Part shown: positions 48,807 to 58,980 of the stretch, piece after piece
Numbering within the stretch: position 1 is the first letter of the stretch
How the letters are laid out: the number at the start of each line of letters is the position of its first letter
Notes under the pieces: model-generated
What the model was told of the DNA's origin: nothing
The model's input: the letters and a program-made list of their open reading frames with translations, nothing else
The model's database searches: none
NCBI GenBank assembly: GCA_965248195.1
Contig: CBDFIQ010000002.1
Span: 928,001 to 992,000, forward strand
Origin: Longimicrobiales bacterium
Lineage (GTDB): Bacteria; Gemmatimonadota; Gemmatimonadetes; Longimicrobiales; Gaopeijiaceae
DNA: 64,000 nucleotides
Reading direction: 5' to 3'
Made by a program: the position numbers and the translations under genes

Positions 48807-49499
48807 CTACACTTCCGAGCGGTAGGCTTCCTCGTACCCATAGCGGATGATCCCCGCGTACTCGAGTCGGAGCATCCTCTCCTTCAGCTCAGGGTCCCAC
48901 GCGATGGGCTCAGAGGGCGCTGCGCTTACACCGACGCTGCGGTAGTTTCGAACGAAGTCCTCGTCGAAATCGAGCTCCATCGTCTTCAGAGCCTGGATCA
49001 GGTCCTCCGCTAGGCTCTCCTGGCGACCCACGAAGTCCATCTGGGGGCGGGTGTACCAGCCGTACATCTCGGTGACGAACCCTGGCCGCACGGCCGCGAC
49101 GTTTCGGACGAATCCGGTAAACGTCTCGCTTCCGAGGCCGTTGAGCATGGCGTTCGGGTGCCAATGGTATAGACTCTCCGCGTCCCCAAAACGCCTCCAT
49201 CGCCTACTGGGTTGCGACATGTACTTGAACCACGACTCGTACCAGGAGAGGGGATCTCGGACGAAGCAGAACATGAACGGCTTCGTCCGACCCAGAGAGA
49301 GGAGGTCCGGATCAAGGATCCACCTCAGTAGCTCACGCCTGGATCGCACCGGCCGGTAGAACAGGTGGTCGACGTCCGCGTGCTTCGGCGGCCGTCGCCG
49401 TTGGACGAGTCCCAACTCGTTCAACACGGTTGTGACCCAGTTGCCCCCGGTCTTGGGGACATGGAGGAAGACCGCATCGTTCCTAAGGACCAGCGCCAT
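48807..49499 (-). CDS. Sulfotransferase family protein
   Basis: FLHVPKTGGNWV (5'-PSB-like), FVRDPLSWYESW (3'-PB-like), FVGRQESL. Confidence 0.75.
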   Translation of the reverse strand: MALVLRNDAVFLHVPKTGGNWVTTVLNELGLVQRRRPPKHADVDHLFYRPVRSRRELLRWILDPDLLSLGRTKPFMFCFVRDPLSWYESWFKYMSQPSRRWRRFGDAESLYHWHPNAMLNGLGSETFTGFVRNVAAVRPGFVTEMYGWYTRPQMDFVGRQESLAEDLIQALKTMELDFDEDFVRNYRSVGVSAAPSEPIAWDPELKERMLRLEYAGIIRYGYEEAYRSEV

Positions 49500-49518
49500 G
49501 CAAGCAACCCCTTTCCAC

Positions 49519-49600
49519 GAAACCGCACGAAGAGATACCCAGGAAACAAGGGAAAGGCAACCGTCTTCTTCGAAGCCCCCCCATCGGCCTGATCTCGGAA
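49519..49600 (-). pseudogene. Fragment of a NusG-paralog antiterminator (UpxY/RfaH-like NGN domain)
   Basis: Translates SKKTVAFPLFPGYLFVRF; PLFPGYLFV is the NGN-domain signature. Confidence 0.65.
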
Positions 49601-49667
49601 GCGGAGCCCACTCGCTGGTGAGCCACGACCGAAATCGAGCGATCGTACCGCCATCGCATCCAACCGA

Positions 49668-49921
49668 GAAGGAATCGCACGTGGTATTACCCCAAAGTAG
49701 TAAGGTTAGCCACGGCAAACACCCTTTCATGGCTTGGATAAGGTGACGGGTAGAAACAAGCCGATCAACAGGAGGGCTCACGCCGGTGACGCGACTCCGG
49801 GGTCGTCTATCTTCATCCGGAGCTGATGGTCCTGGGCGTTGACCGAAGTCGTCAAGCTCGGGTGAACCAGATCGAACGTGAAGCGCACGCCGCTCGAGAG
49901 GCCGAGGTCGTAGTGCTCTGC
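49668..49921 (-). repeat. ~254-bp direct repeat copy C
   Basis: See copy B. Confidence 0.92.
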
Positions 49922-50185
49922 CCAGGGGTGATCCGTGGGTTGTGCCAAGAGCCGGTCGATTTCTTTCGGTGAAAAACTTCGGATGGACCAAGGATAAAAC
50001 GCTGCCTTGCCGTCGATTTGAAGCAGCCGGATGTAAGTCTCCAAGTCGCTTCCGCGAAGATCTCGCTGCGGCCGATCGTCTGGGCGTGCGACTGGCTGGC
50101 AGCCGCCATACTCACGCCGAGCAAGCTCAGAATCAGACGCGAGGGCGCCGAAGGGTTCACGAAGTGGCCTCGGTGCAAGTATCAT
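49850..50185 (-). pseudogene. Truncated, frameshifted Wzi-family N-terminus
   Basis: ETYIRLLQIDGKAAFYPWSIRSFSPKEI..DHPWAEHYDL aligns with ARFLRVLQVSGMAPDYPWTLRGLTPGEL..LHPWKNRYDL of 908-2581; signal peptide lies in another frame. Confidence 0.75.
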
Positions 50186-50442
50186 GGAGAATCGAATCGT
50201 AACAATCTAGGACTTCCTTCGTTGATTTGGCGAAGCATATGGTCGAGCTGGTGCACTATCACTACACTGTCGGCGGTGATGAACTCTGCTTTTGGCTTGG
50301 CTCCGGCGCCCGAATCGAAAAATTCGAGGTTCACGTCTAACTTCATTAATTCGCGAAGTGGGGTAGGATCAAAGGGTGTGTAAAGAGCGAGGCGACGTAC
50401 CCTACCTCATCGCGGTCGGTCGGATCGGGGGGGCATTAACAC

Positions 50443-50850
50443 GTGGATTCGGAAGTGACTCAGGTGTATGCGGATCGGGTGCCGTACGATGACGGGATTT
50501 CGCTTCTGGAGGTCGCGAGTTTCGTTCTTCGCCGACGGCGCCTGATACTCGTCTCGACGTTTGCGGGTGCGCTGCTTGCACTCGTGGTTACGCTCATGTG
50601 GCCGCTGAAGTACACGGCAACCGCTTCCTTTCTACCCCACGGAGGAGACCAAGAGGGACTCTCCGGAGTGTCTGGCTTGGCCCAACAGTTCGGATTTTCG
50701 ATTCCTAGGTTGGGCAATGCTGAGCGATCCCCGGAGTTCTATCAGGACCTTCTTCAGTCGAGGGAGATCCTGGCTGGCCTGGTCAGGCTGGGTGTGGAGG
50801 TGGTCACGGCCACCGGTGTGACTAACGTGGATCTTGCCGAGCACTTGCGA
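50443..50850 (+). pseudogene. Truncated Wzz-like chain-length determinant (N-terminal third only)
   Basis: LRRRRLI, YTATASFLP, LSGVSGLAQQFG, SPEFYQDLLQSREI parallels 3981-5090. Confidence 0.8.
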
Positions 50851-51106
50851 GCTCTTCCTGAGGAATACGTCGGGATTCCGCAAGCTCGCGCTCGATGAGC
50901 TGCCCAAGCGTTTTCGGCGACAGTTGGCCCGCAAGGCGGCACATCTTGCGGAGGGCATCACCGCGGAGCACTTCCGGGTCATGGACTTCTATTTCGAGGG
51001 GGACGACCGCTCCTTCCACGTGCTCAGCGCGGTGTCTCCGGGCTTCACATGTACATTCGCCTTCAGTTCGTTTCTGATCGATGAGATTCAGCAGCGGGCT
51101 GCGTAG
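50850..51106 (+). pseudogene. C-terminal fragment of an FAD-dependent oxidoreductase (L-2-hydroxyglutarate oxidase-like)
   Basis: MDFYFEGDDRSFHVLSAVSPGFT resembles the MDF..E....S.HVLNAVSP.FT C-terminus of LhgO-like proteins. Confidence 0.5.
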
Positions 51107-51109
51107 CCA

Positions 51110-51714
51110 ATGCCGATTTCAGCCTCGTGACCGGCGGCGCCAGCTTCATCGGCTCGCACATCGTCGAGCGGCTCCAAGGTAACGCCAAGACAGTGCTTAT
51201 TGTGGACGATCTTTCCACGGCCTGATAGGACAACCTCGGCGCCCTGCGGGATCACGCCAACTTACACCTCTTCGTCGATTCGAGCCTGAGCTGGCCGATG
51301 ATGAACGACGCGGTGGAGCAGGTCGATCAGGTCATCCATCTGACGGCGGCGGTAGGCGTGAAGAGGATCATCGACGAGCCCGCTGAGGACACGACGAACG
51401 TTGCGGGGCGCGGAAATTATCCTCGACTGCTGCCACCAGCACGCGAGGCCGCTCCAGACGGCGTCCAAGTCCGAGAGATCTACGGCAAAGCCGGCGTGGC
51501 GCTTCACAAAGAGCACGACCGCATCATGGAAGGCAGCACGCACCGTGGTTGGGCCTCTGCTTGCGGGAAGGCCCTTGACGAGTTCCTGGTGCAGGCGTAT
51601 CACGGAGGCAAAGGGCTTCCTGTGGTGATCGGGCGCCTCCTCAACACGGTTGGGCGCCGCCAAAGTTGCGCTGTAGGAGCGTGGCCGGAGGGGTCTGCGA
51701 CTGCCGACCCCTAA
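51110..51714 (+). pseudogene. Degraded NAD-dependent epimerase/dehydratase
   Basis: LVTGGASFIGSHIVERL..VDDLSTA followed by TGA TAG; later HLTAAVGV, EIYGK, RLLNTVG.RQ with decayed motifs. Confidence 0.8.
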
Positions 51715-51939
51715 TAATCAAGGTTGCAGAGAAGCTGTGCCGAACCTAGGATACACGTTGATCAAACCATATGATCCCGAGTCCGACAACTATGGGCGTT
51801 GCTTCCACACCGACGCGAAATGTAGACGTCGGCTGGACCAACGGTGATGGTCTTGAGTCTCTAGGCTACGATCCTTCCCCGATGCATGGTAAACATTTGC
51901 CGCGAATGAACTCAAGAGTTACCCTGAATCACCCCGGGT

Positions 51940-52875
51940 TCATCGGAGACTGTTTGACTTGAGTGTCAGAGGCTCACCTGGAGCGTCCTGACGCGAATAA
52001 TACAACTCTTCGTACTCGGCCGGCGGGATATGGCCGTGGGGCTCGAAGAGGCGATGGTGATTGAACCACCAGACCCATTCGAGGGTGGCGAGCTCGATGT
52101 CTTCGAGGGTGCGCCACGGACCGCGTGGACGAATGAGCTCGGTCTTGTAGAGTCCGATGATCGTCTCGGCCAGGGCGTTGTCATACGAATCCCCCCGGCT
52201 GCCTACGGACGGCTCGATGCCTGCCAACGCCAGGCGCTCGGTGTAGCGGATAGACAGGTACTGCCCCCTGCGGTCGCTGTGATGCACCAGGCGCTTGTCT
52301 GCGTCGTCCTCGCGTTCACAGATCGCCTGCTCGAGAGCGTCGAGCGCTAAGTCACTGCGTAATGAGTTCGAGACCCGCCATCCGACGATGCGACGGCTGA
52401 ACGCATCGATCACGAACGCCACGAAGACAAACGCATGGCCCGTCCGCACGTACGTGAGGTCCGAGACCCACAGCTCGTTGGGACGTGCCGCGCTGAAGTC
52501 TCGGTTCACGAGGTCCAGCGGGCGCTCGTCGCCCTCCGCCGTGTGCGTTGTCACCTTGAAGCGCCGCCCTCGCGTAACCCCACAAAGCTCCAGTTCCTTC
52601 ATGAGCCGAGCCACCGTGCATCGAGCCACGGTGATGCCTTCCCGGTTCAGCTGCTTCCACACCTTCTTCGCCCCGTAGACCTGGAAGTTCTGCATCCACA
52701 CTCGACGGATCTCCGGCTTCAGCATCTCGTCGCGCTGAGCCCGGACCGATCGTAGCGTCGGATCTGCCTGCATCGCCTTGTGCGTGTAGTAGGTCGACGG
52801 AGCGATCGGCAGTACCTCGCAGATCGGCTCGACTCCGTACGTGGGCCGGTAATCGTCGATGAAGGCCACCATCAC
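51940..52875 (-). CDS. IS3-family transposase OrfB (DDE integrase core)
   Basis: [38 protein letters not shown]. Confidence 0.93.
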   Translation of the reverse strand: MMVAFIDDYRPTYGVEPICEVLPIAPSTYYTHKAMQADPTLRSVRAQRDEMLKPEIRRVWMQNFQVYGAKKVWKQLNREGITVARCTVARLMKELELCGVTRGRRFKVTTHTAEGDERPLDLVNRDFSAARPNELWVSDLTYVRTGHAFVFVAFVIDAFSRRIVGWRVSNSLRSDLALDALEQAICEREDDADKRLVHHSDRRGQYLSIRYTERLALAGIEPSVGSRGDSYDNALAETIIGLYKTELIRPRGPWRTLEDIELATLEWVWWFNHHRLFEPHGHIPPAEYEELYYSRQDAPGEPLTLKSNSLR

Positions 52876-53192
52876 CGAACTCGGCGGTCGAGCTCCGCCT
52901 GTGCGAAATACGCCGATGCCTTACGCAGAATCTCGTTCGCCCGCTTCAGCTCACGATTCTCACGCTCCAGCACCTTCAGTCGCTCACGCTCTTCTGTCTT
53001 GAGACCGGGCCGTTGCCCCGTGTCTCGCTCCGCTCGTCGAACCCATTTACGTAGCGTCTCCGCCGTGCACCCGATCTTCTCCGAGATCGAGCAGATCGCC
53101 GCCCACTGTGAGCTGTACTCAGGCTCGTGCTCGAAAACCATCCGAACGGCTCGCTCCCGTACCTCTGGGGAGTACTGTCCTTTCCTTTTCAT
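52872..53192 (-). CDS. IS3-family transposase OrfA (HTH)
   Basis: [43 protein letters not shown]. Confidence 0.93.
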   Translation of the reverse strand: MKRKGQYSPEVRERAVRMVFEHEPEYSSQWAAICSISEKIGCTAETLRKWVRRAERDTGQRPGLKTEERERLKVLERENRELKRANEILRKASAYFAQAELDRRVR

Positions 53193-53343
53193 GACTCCAT
53201 CCTCTCAACTGATGGAGTCTCCGGCAAACCCGGGGTGATTCAACGAGGCTAGCAACCTTGCGGTACGGTGCCTATCTTCGCCACGAGATTCGCTTCGTTG
53301 AGGGCTGAGGGGCTCGACTCACAACTCGACAAGCGATCATTCG

Positions 53344-55805
53344 ATGATGAACCATATGAGACTAGACTTGCAAAAGATCTTTCTGCTATTGGCGCTCCAA
53401 ATGTTGCTGAGCGTTTCACCGGCCCCCACCCACGCCCAAACCCCCGCCCAACAAGAACTCCAACGCCTCACCGGCCAGCAGGTCTCCGAAGAGGAAATCC
53501 TCAACCGTCTTGCCCAATCAGGACTCTCTCGCGCCGAAGTGAGGTCGCAGCTGACTTCCATGGGCCTCAACCCGTCTATCGCCGATGCGTACTTCGATCG
53601 ACTCGAGGGTGCGGCCGACGACCCCCTGCAGCAGAACGCGGACTTCCTCCAGGCGCTCGCCCAGATGGGTCTCTTCAACGAACTCATTGGTTTTGAGCTT
53701 GGTGACACGATCGACTTTGCAAGGGATAGCTTGGCCCGCGCGGTCGAGGCCATACCGACCTCGGTCCTGCCGGTCTTCGGGCGAAGCGTCTTCGCCGGTG
53801 CCACCACTGAATTCCAGCCCGTGGTGACCGGGCCCGTGGATCCGGACTATCCGCTGGGGCCGGGAGACCAGCTGCAACTCATCCTTACGGGTGACGTCGA
53901 ACTGGCCTTACCGCTGGACGTGACGCGAGAGGGCTTCATCGTGATTCCCGATGTCGGGCAGATCTTCGTTAACGGTCTGACCCTCGGAGACCTGACCGAT
54001 CGACTCTATGCGAGGCTTGGCGCCGTGTATTCAGGCGTCCGAAGGGGGGCTGATGCGACGACGACTTTCCACGTCGCACTCGGCCGACTGAGAAGCAACC
54101 AAGTGTTTCTCGTAGGTGACGTGTCGCTCCCCGGGGCGTATCAGGTGAGCTCGGTGGCCACCGTGTTCAACGCTCTCTACAGCGCGGGTGGCCCGGGCGA
54201 GCAAGGATCGATGCGGTCGATTGAGGTCCGACGCGGGGGGCGGCTCGTGGACGAGGTGGATCTCTACGACTACCTCATTCGGGGTGACGCCTCGGACGAC
54301 ATCCGGCTCGAGCAAGGCGACCGGCTTTTTGTGCCCGTGGTCGGACCCCAAGTCGCGATCGAAGGGTTGGTGCGTAGAGCTGCCATTTACGAACTCAGGC
54401 CGGGCGAACAACTGCGGGACTTGATCGCCTTCGCCGGGGGACCGCGGCCGGAGGCATATCTCCGCAGAATCCAAGTTGATCGTATTCTGCCGGCTTCGGA
54501 ACGGACACCGGAACGGGAGCGGTTGCTCCTCGACGTGGATCTGGAGACGATGGCGGCCGACGAGGACTTCGAGCTTCTCGACGGGGACCGGGTCACGGTC
54601 TTGGGCATCGGAGACCGGCGAGACAATCAAGTGGTTGTTGAAGGGCATGTCGAGAAGCCTGGACTGTTCGAGCTGGCTCCGAACATGACGCTCGGCGACG
54701 TCATTACACGGGCGGGCTCCTGCCCGACGCTTTCAATGTGGTGGCACACCTGATTCGCTTGGAAGAGTCGGATAGCACGTACGTACTCGAGAGGGTCTCC
54801 TTGGACGCGGATGGCCAGCCGGTGCCGGACGTGGTGCTCCGCGAGATGGACCGGGTGGTTATCTACGGACGGTCCGAGCTGAGGACCGACGCATTTGTTT
54901 CTATCGGGGGTGAGATCAAGAACCCTGGCCGTTTCCCACTCAATGCTGGCATGACCGCTGAGGATCTCCTACTCGCCGCTGGAGGTTTTACGGAAACAGC
55001 GGATCCGCTTACGGCCCAACTCGTGCGTAGGCCGGGTGGCTTGCTGCTCACGGACACCGTGGCGATCAGTCAGGACATCGTATTCGACCCCTCCCTTCCG
55101 TCGGCGTTCGACCTGAGAGTCGACGGTGTGAGGCCGTGGGCCGGACCTGAGCTGGGCGAGCCGGCGAGGGAGGTCGAGCTCCGGGATGGAGACCGGGTCT
55201 TCGTCCGCCGACTCCAGGCGCTTCGGGATGAAGGCGATGTCATCCTTTCGGGCGAGGTGCTTTATCCCGGGCCTTATGCTCTCGAGCAGCGCGGTGAGAC
55301 CGTTTCCAGCCTCGTCCGCCGGGCGGGGGGCCTGACCTCGGACGCATTCTTGGAGGGCACCCGCTTGGTCCGTGACGGACTGCCCTTGGGCGTCGATCTC
55401 GACGGCGCCTTGAGCCGGTCGGGGGGAGTTGCAGACCTCCTCCTGCTCCCCGGGGACTCACTCGAGATCCCTCAATACGACGGGACGGTTCGCATCATCG
55501 GTGCCGTCGAGTTCCAGTCCCGGACTCGTTGGCGGGAGGGGATGAGCTTAGGGGACTACCTCGATCAAGCAGGCGGGGTGGTCGAGGATGGCGACCGAAA
55601 TCGGACGGTGGTGACGTATGCCAACCAGGAGCGGCAGCGTGCCAGCAAGTTTCTGTTCTTCCGGAGTGACCCCAGAATCGAGCCCGGCAGCACGATCTCG
55701 GTGCCATTCAAGGAACAAAGGGAAGCGGGTGGGATCAGTGTAGATCTGCTCATAACCCGGGTACTGTCGCTCGCCACGATCCTCGTGGCGATCAAGCAAC
55801 TCTGA
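53344..55805 (+). pseudogene. Second KpsD-like SLBB export protein, split by a frameshift near 54709-54716
   Basis: ORFs 53344-54753 and 54738-55805 together parallel 46196-48442; the downstream frame reads LLPDAFNVVAHLIRL directly after ITRAG. Confidence 0.85.
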
Positions 55806-56025
55806 CGTCCGCTTCTTCCCGAAATTCTCGCCTCCAATGACACGGTGTTTCCCAACATTCCTGGGTAGCACTCGAACCGAAACATGACCCCGTATCGGCA
55901 AACGAGTGGGATCTTCGCGAGTCCCTCGGCTTTATCGACCAAGTCCGGGAGTGCCTGGGATATGACGTGACGGTGCCCCTCGTGGCAGACGCCGCCGATC
56001 GGCTTGAGCGCCCCGGCAGCCCCTC

Positions 56026-56979
56026 ATGACCGTCCTCGTCACAGGCGGAGCCGGATTCATCGGCTCGCACCTCTGCGAACGGCTGCTCGAAGAGACACAC
56101 GAAGTCGTCTCCCTCGACTGCTACGACGACTTCTACCATCCGGCCACGAAACGTGACAACCTGGCTCAGTGCCGTGACCACTCGCGATTCCAGGAGGTCG
56201 AGGGCGACATCCGAGACCGCTCCGTCCTCGACGTCCTACCCGAAGTGGAGACGATCGTGCACCTCGCGGCAAGGGCGGGCGTTCGGCCCTCGATCCAAAA
56301 CCCCGTTCTCTACAACGATGTCAACGTGGGGGGGACCGTGTCGCTGCTCGAATTCGCTCGGGAGCGCAACATCCGCCGATTCATCTTCGCCTCCTCGTCG
56401 TCCGTCTACGGGAACAACGAGGCCGTGCCTTTCTCCGAGAGCGATCCGGTCGATCACCCTATATCGCCCTATGCCGCCACGAAGAAGGCGGGCGAGCTTC
56501 TTTGTCACACGTACCACCATTTGCACGCCATCGGCATGCTCTGTCTTCGCTTCTTCACGGTCTACGGTCCCCGGCAGAGGCCCGACTTGGCGATTCACAA
56601 GTTCACGCGCCTGATGCAGAGAGGTGAGGCCGTGCCGATGTTCGGGGATGGATCGACGGAGCGGGACTACACCTACGTGGACGACACGCTTGAGGGCGTC
56701 GTGGGGGCGATGCGCTTTTTGGATCAGCATCCCGACGCGTTTGAAATCGTGAACCTTGGAGAAAGCCGCACCGTCTCCCTGACCGAGATGATCGATACGG
56801 TCGCTCGGACCTTGGGAGTGACGCCCGAGATCGAACGTCTGCCGATGCAGCCGGGTGACGTGATCCGAACCTATGCGGACATCACCAAGGCCGCTCGCCT
56901 TTTCGGCTACGACCCCCAGACGGGCTTCGAGGAGGGCGTGGAGCGATTCGTGGAGTGGTTCAAGGACCATCCATCGTGA
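56026..56979 (+). CDS. NAD-dependent epimerase (UDP-glucuronate 4-epimerase-like)
   Basis: HLAARAGVRPS, ASSSSVYG, SPYAATKKA, RFFTVYGPRQRPDLAI, QPGDV. Confidence 0.9.
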   Translation: MTVLVTGGAGFIGSHLCERLLEETHEVVSLDCYDDFYHPATKRDNLAQCRDHSRFQEVEGDIRDRSVLDVLPEVETIVHLAARAGVRPSIQNPVLYNDVNVGGTVSLLEFARERNIRRFIFASSSSVYGNNEAVPFSESDPVDHPISPYAATKKAGELLCHTYHHLHAIGMLCLRFFTVYGPRQRPDLAIHKFTRLMQRGEAVPMFGDGSTERDYTYVDDTLEGVVGAMRFLDQHPDAFEIVNLGESRTVSLTEMIDTVARTLGVTPEIERLPMQPGDVIRTYADITKAARLFGYDPQTGFEEGVERFVEWFKDHPS

Positions 56980-57093
56980 AATGAAGGGTCCGGTCCCCGC
57001 CCCCTCCCCTGAGTGCTGGGTGCCGGCCCATAGCGTGCCTTGCCTTTCCCACCCAGATTCCTGCCTCGACTCCACCAACACCCCTGGATCTTC

Positions 57094-58410
57094 ATGCACA
57101 TAGCAGTCATCGGCACCGGATACGTCGGCCTCGTCGCGGGCGCATGCCTGGCTGAGACCGGCAACGACGTGGTCTGTGCGGACATCGATTCGGACAAGAT
57201 CGCGCTTCTCGACGGCGGCCATATTCCCATCTACGAGCCGGGCCTCGAGGCGTTGGTCGAACGGAACCTCCGCTCCGGTCGGCTACGTTTCACGACCGAC
57301 ATTCCCGAGGCGGTGCGGGCCTCCAGCGTGATCTTCATCGCGGTCGGGACACCTCCGGACGAGGACGGCTCCGCCGATCTCCAGCATGTGCTCGACGCTG
57401 CGAGGACCATCGGCGCTTCGATGGACGGCGAGCGGATCGTGATCACCAAGAGCACGGTTCCGGTGGGGACGGCGGACAAGGTGCGGGACACCATCGAATC
57501 CGAGACCGAGCATCCGGTCCACGTGTGCTCGAACCCGGAGTTCCTCAAGGAGGGAGCCGCCCTCGACGACTTCATGAAGCCCGACCGAGTGGTGCTGGGC
57601 GTGGACAGCGAGTACGCGGCGGATGTGATGCGTGACCTCTACGCCCCCTTCGTCGTGAGCGGGAACCAGATCATGATCATGGACATCGCCTCGGCGGAGA
57701 TCACCAAATACGCCGCCAACGCGATGCTCGCGACCAGGATCAGCTTCATGAACGGCGTCGCGGGGCTCTGCGAGAAAACGGGAGCCGACATCAACATGGT
57801 GCGTCGCGGCATCGGCAGCGACGAGCGAATCGGGCGCACCTTTCTTTATCCGGGCGTCGGATACGGGGGATCCTGCTTTCCGAAGGACGTGAAGGCGCTC
57901 ATCCGAACCATGGACGAGTTGGGTGCGGATCCTTCGATTCTCCGGGCGGTCGACGATCTGAACGACCGCCAGAAGCGATCGCTCCTCCGCGCATTGGTGA
58001 CGCGGCTGGGAGAGGACCTGAGCGGCACGACGATCGCAGTCTGGGGGCTCGCGTTCAAGCCGAACACGGATGATATGCGCGAGGCGCCGAGCTTGGTCAC
58101 GATCGAGGGGCTACTCGAGCGGGGCGCACGCGTGGTGGCCCACGATCCAGAGGCGATGGCGGAAGCAAAGCGCCGGTTCGGTGATCGCATCGAGTTGTGC
58201 GAAGACGATTATGCCGCTCTGGAGCGGGCGAGCGCCCTGGTCATCCACACCGAGTGGAACCCATACCGGCGTCCGGATTTCGATCGTATGAAGGCCGCCA
58301 TGGCGCGGCCGCTCGTGTTCGACGGGCGCAACCTCTACGATCCCCAGCGTATGGCCGAGCTCGGCTTCGAGTATCATTCGGTGGGGCGGGCACCGGCGGG
58401 GGTCGGCTGA
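57094..58410 (+). CDS. ugd: UDP-glucose 6-dehydrogenase
   Basis: GTGYVGL, IYEPGL, KSTVPVGT, SNPEFLKEG, GYGGSCFPKD, GLAFKPNTDDMRE, DGRN. Confidence 0.95.
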   Translation: MHIAVIGTGYVGLVAGACLAETGNDVVCADIDSDKIALLDGGHIPIYEPGLEALVERNLRSGRLRFTTDIPEAVRASSVIFIAVGTPPDEDGSADLQHVLDAARTIGASMDGERIVITKSTVPVGTADKVRDTIESETEHPVHVCSNPEFLKEGAALDDFMKPDRVVLGVDSEYAADVMRDLYAPFVVSGNQIMIMDIASAEITKYAANAMLATRISFMNGVAGLCEKTGADINMVRRGIGSDERIGRTFLYPGVGYGGSCFPKDVKALIRTMDELGADPSILRAVDDLNDRQKRSLLRALVTRLGEDLSGTTIAVWGLAFKPNTDDMREAPSLVTIEGLLERGARVVAHDPEAMAEAKRRFGDRIELCEDDYAALERASALVIHTEWNPYRRPDFDRMKAAMARPLVFDGRNLYDPQRMAELGFEYHSVGRAPAGVG

Positions 58411-58470
58411 GCGCGGAGCAAAGGCAGAGCCGTCCCATCCGGACATCGTCTTGCCGCGAAGATTTCCTTA
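58161..58470 (+). repeat. 310-bp direct repeat copy 1 (ugd 3' end + 60 bp downstream)
   Basis: Colinear with 60975-61284, about 15 substitutions by manual count. Confidence 0.95.
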
Positions 58471-58980
58471 TCCAGATCGTGGCCGAAGCCGTGTCGGGGA
58501 ACGCCGGCAAGCTCGAGGCATTTCGCTCCGAGGTGGCCGCTGGCTTCCAGGACCTTCGCGAGCTGCTACGGGCTTCCCACCTGGAGCTGGACCGGCGGGT
58601 GACGCGCCTGGAGGAAGGATTGAGTTCCTGACGCTCCTCCGACGCAAGGCATCGGGACAGCAGCGTTACCCGGCGTTCCATCACGAGTCCCATCGCCCGC
58701 GGCGACAGCCTCCCGTTCAGGACGCTGAGGGTCCATGGCGTCCATTGGGTTCCGTCAGTGCGAGGGATGGCTATACTGGAGCACCTTACAGAGCAGAGGA
58801 GATCGTCTAGGATCGTGTTTACGGAGAACCGCTCCCAGCCCACGAGTTCACCCTTCAACGTCTGGGCCTACGGCCGAATCATGACCGTGAGTACATCCAG
58901 TCGTGCAAGCCGGTGCAAAGTTTTCGTCGAACGCTTCACTCCTGTGTGATCCTCGGGACTGGCTCTACGGCCGTTAGCTA

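Larger units (their letters stand above)
51925..53242 (-). mobile_element. IS3-family insertion sequence (IS51-group-like), 1318 bp, 26-bp IRs, no evident target duplication
   Basis: TGAATCACCCCGGGTTCATCGGAGAC vs revcomp TGAATCACCCCGGGTTTGCCGGAGAC; TG...CA ends. Confidence 0.95.

Noticed and set aside
49500..49991. N-terminal 164 aa of the 394-aa ORF 48807-49991
   Set aside because: Runs through the repeat and pseudogene fragments; the real gene most likely starts at 49499
58471..58631. Coiled-coil-like reading IQIVAEAVSG...LDRRVTRLEEGLSS after the ugd repeat
   Set aside because: Probably a gene tail remnant, but it has no start and no family could be recognised
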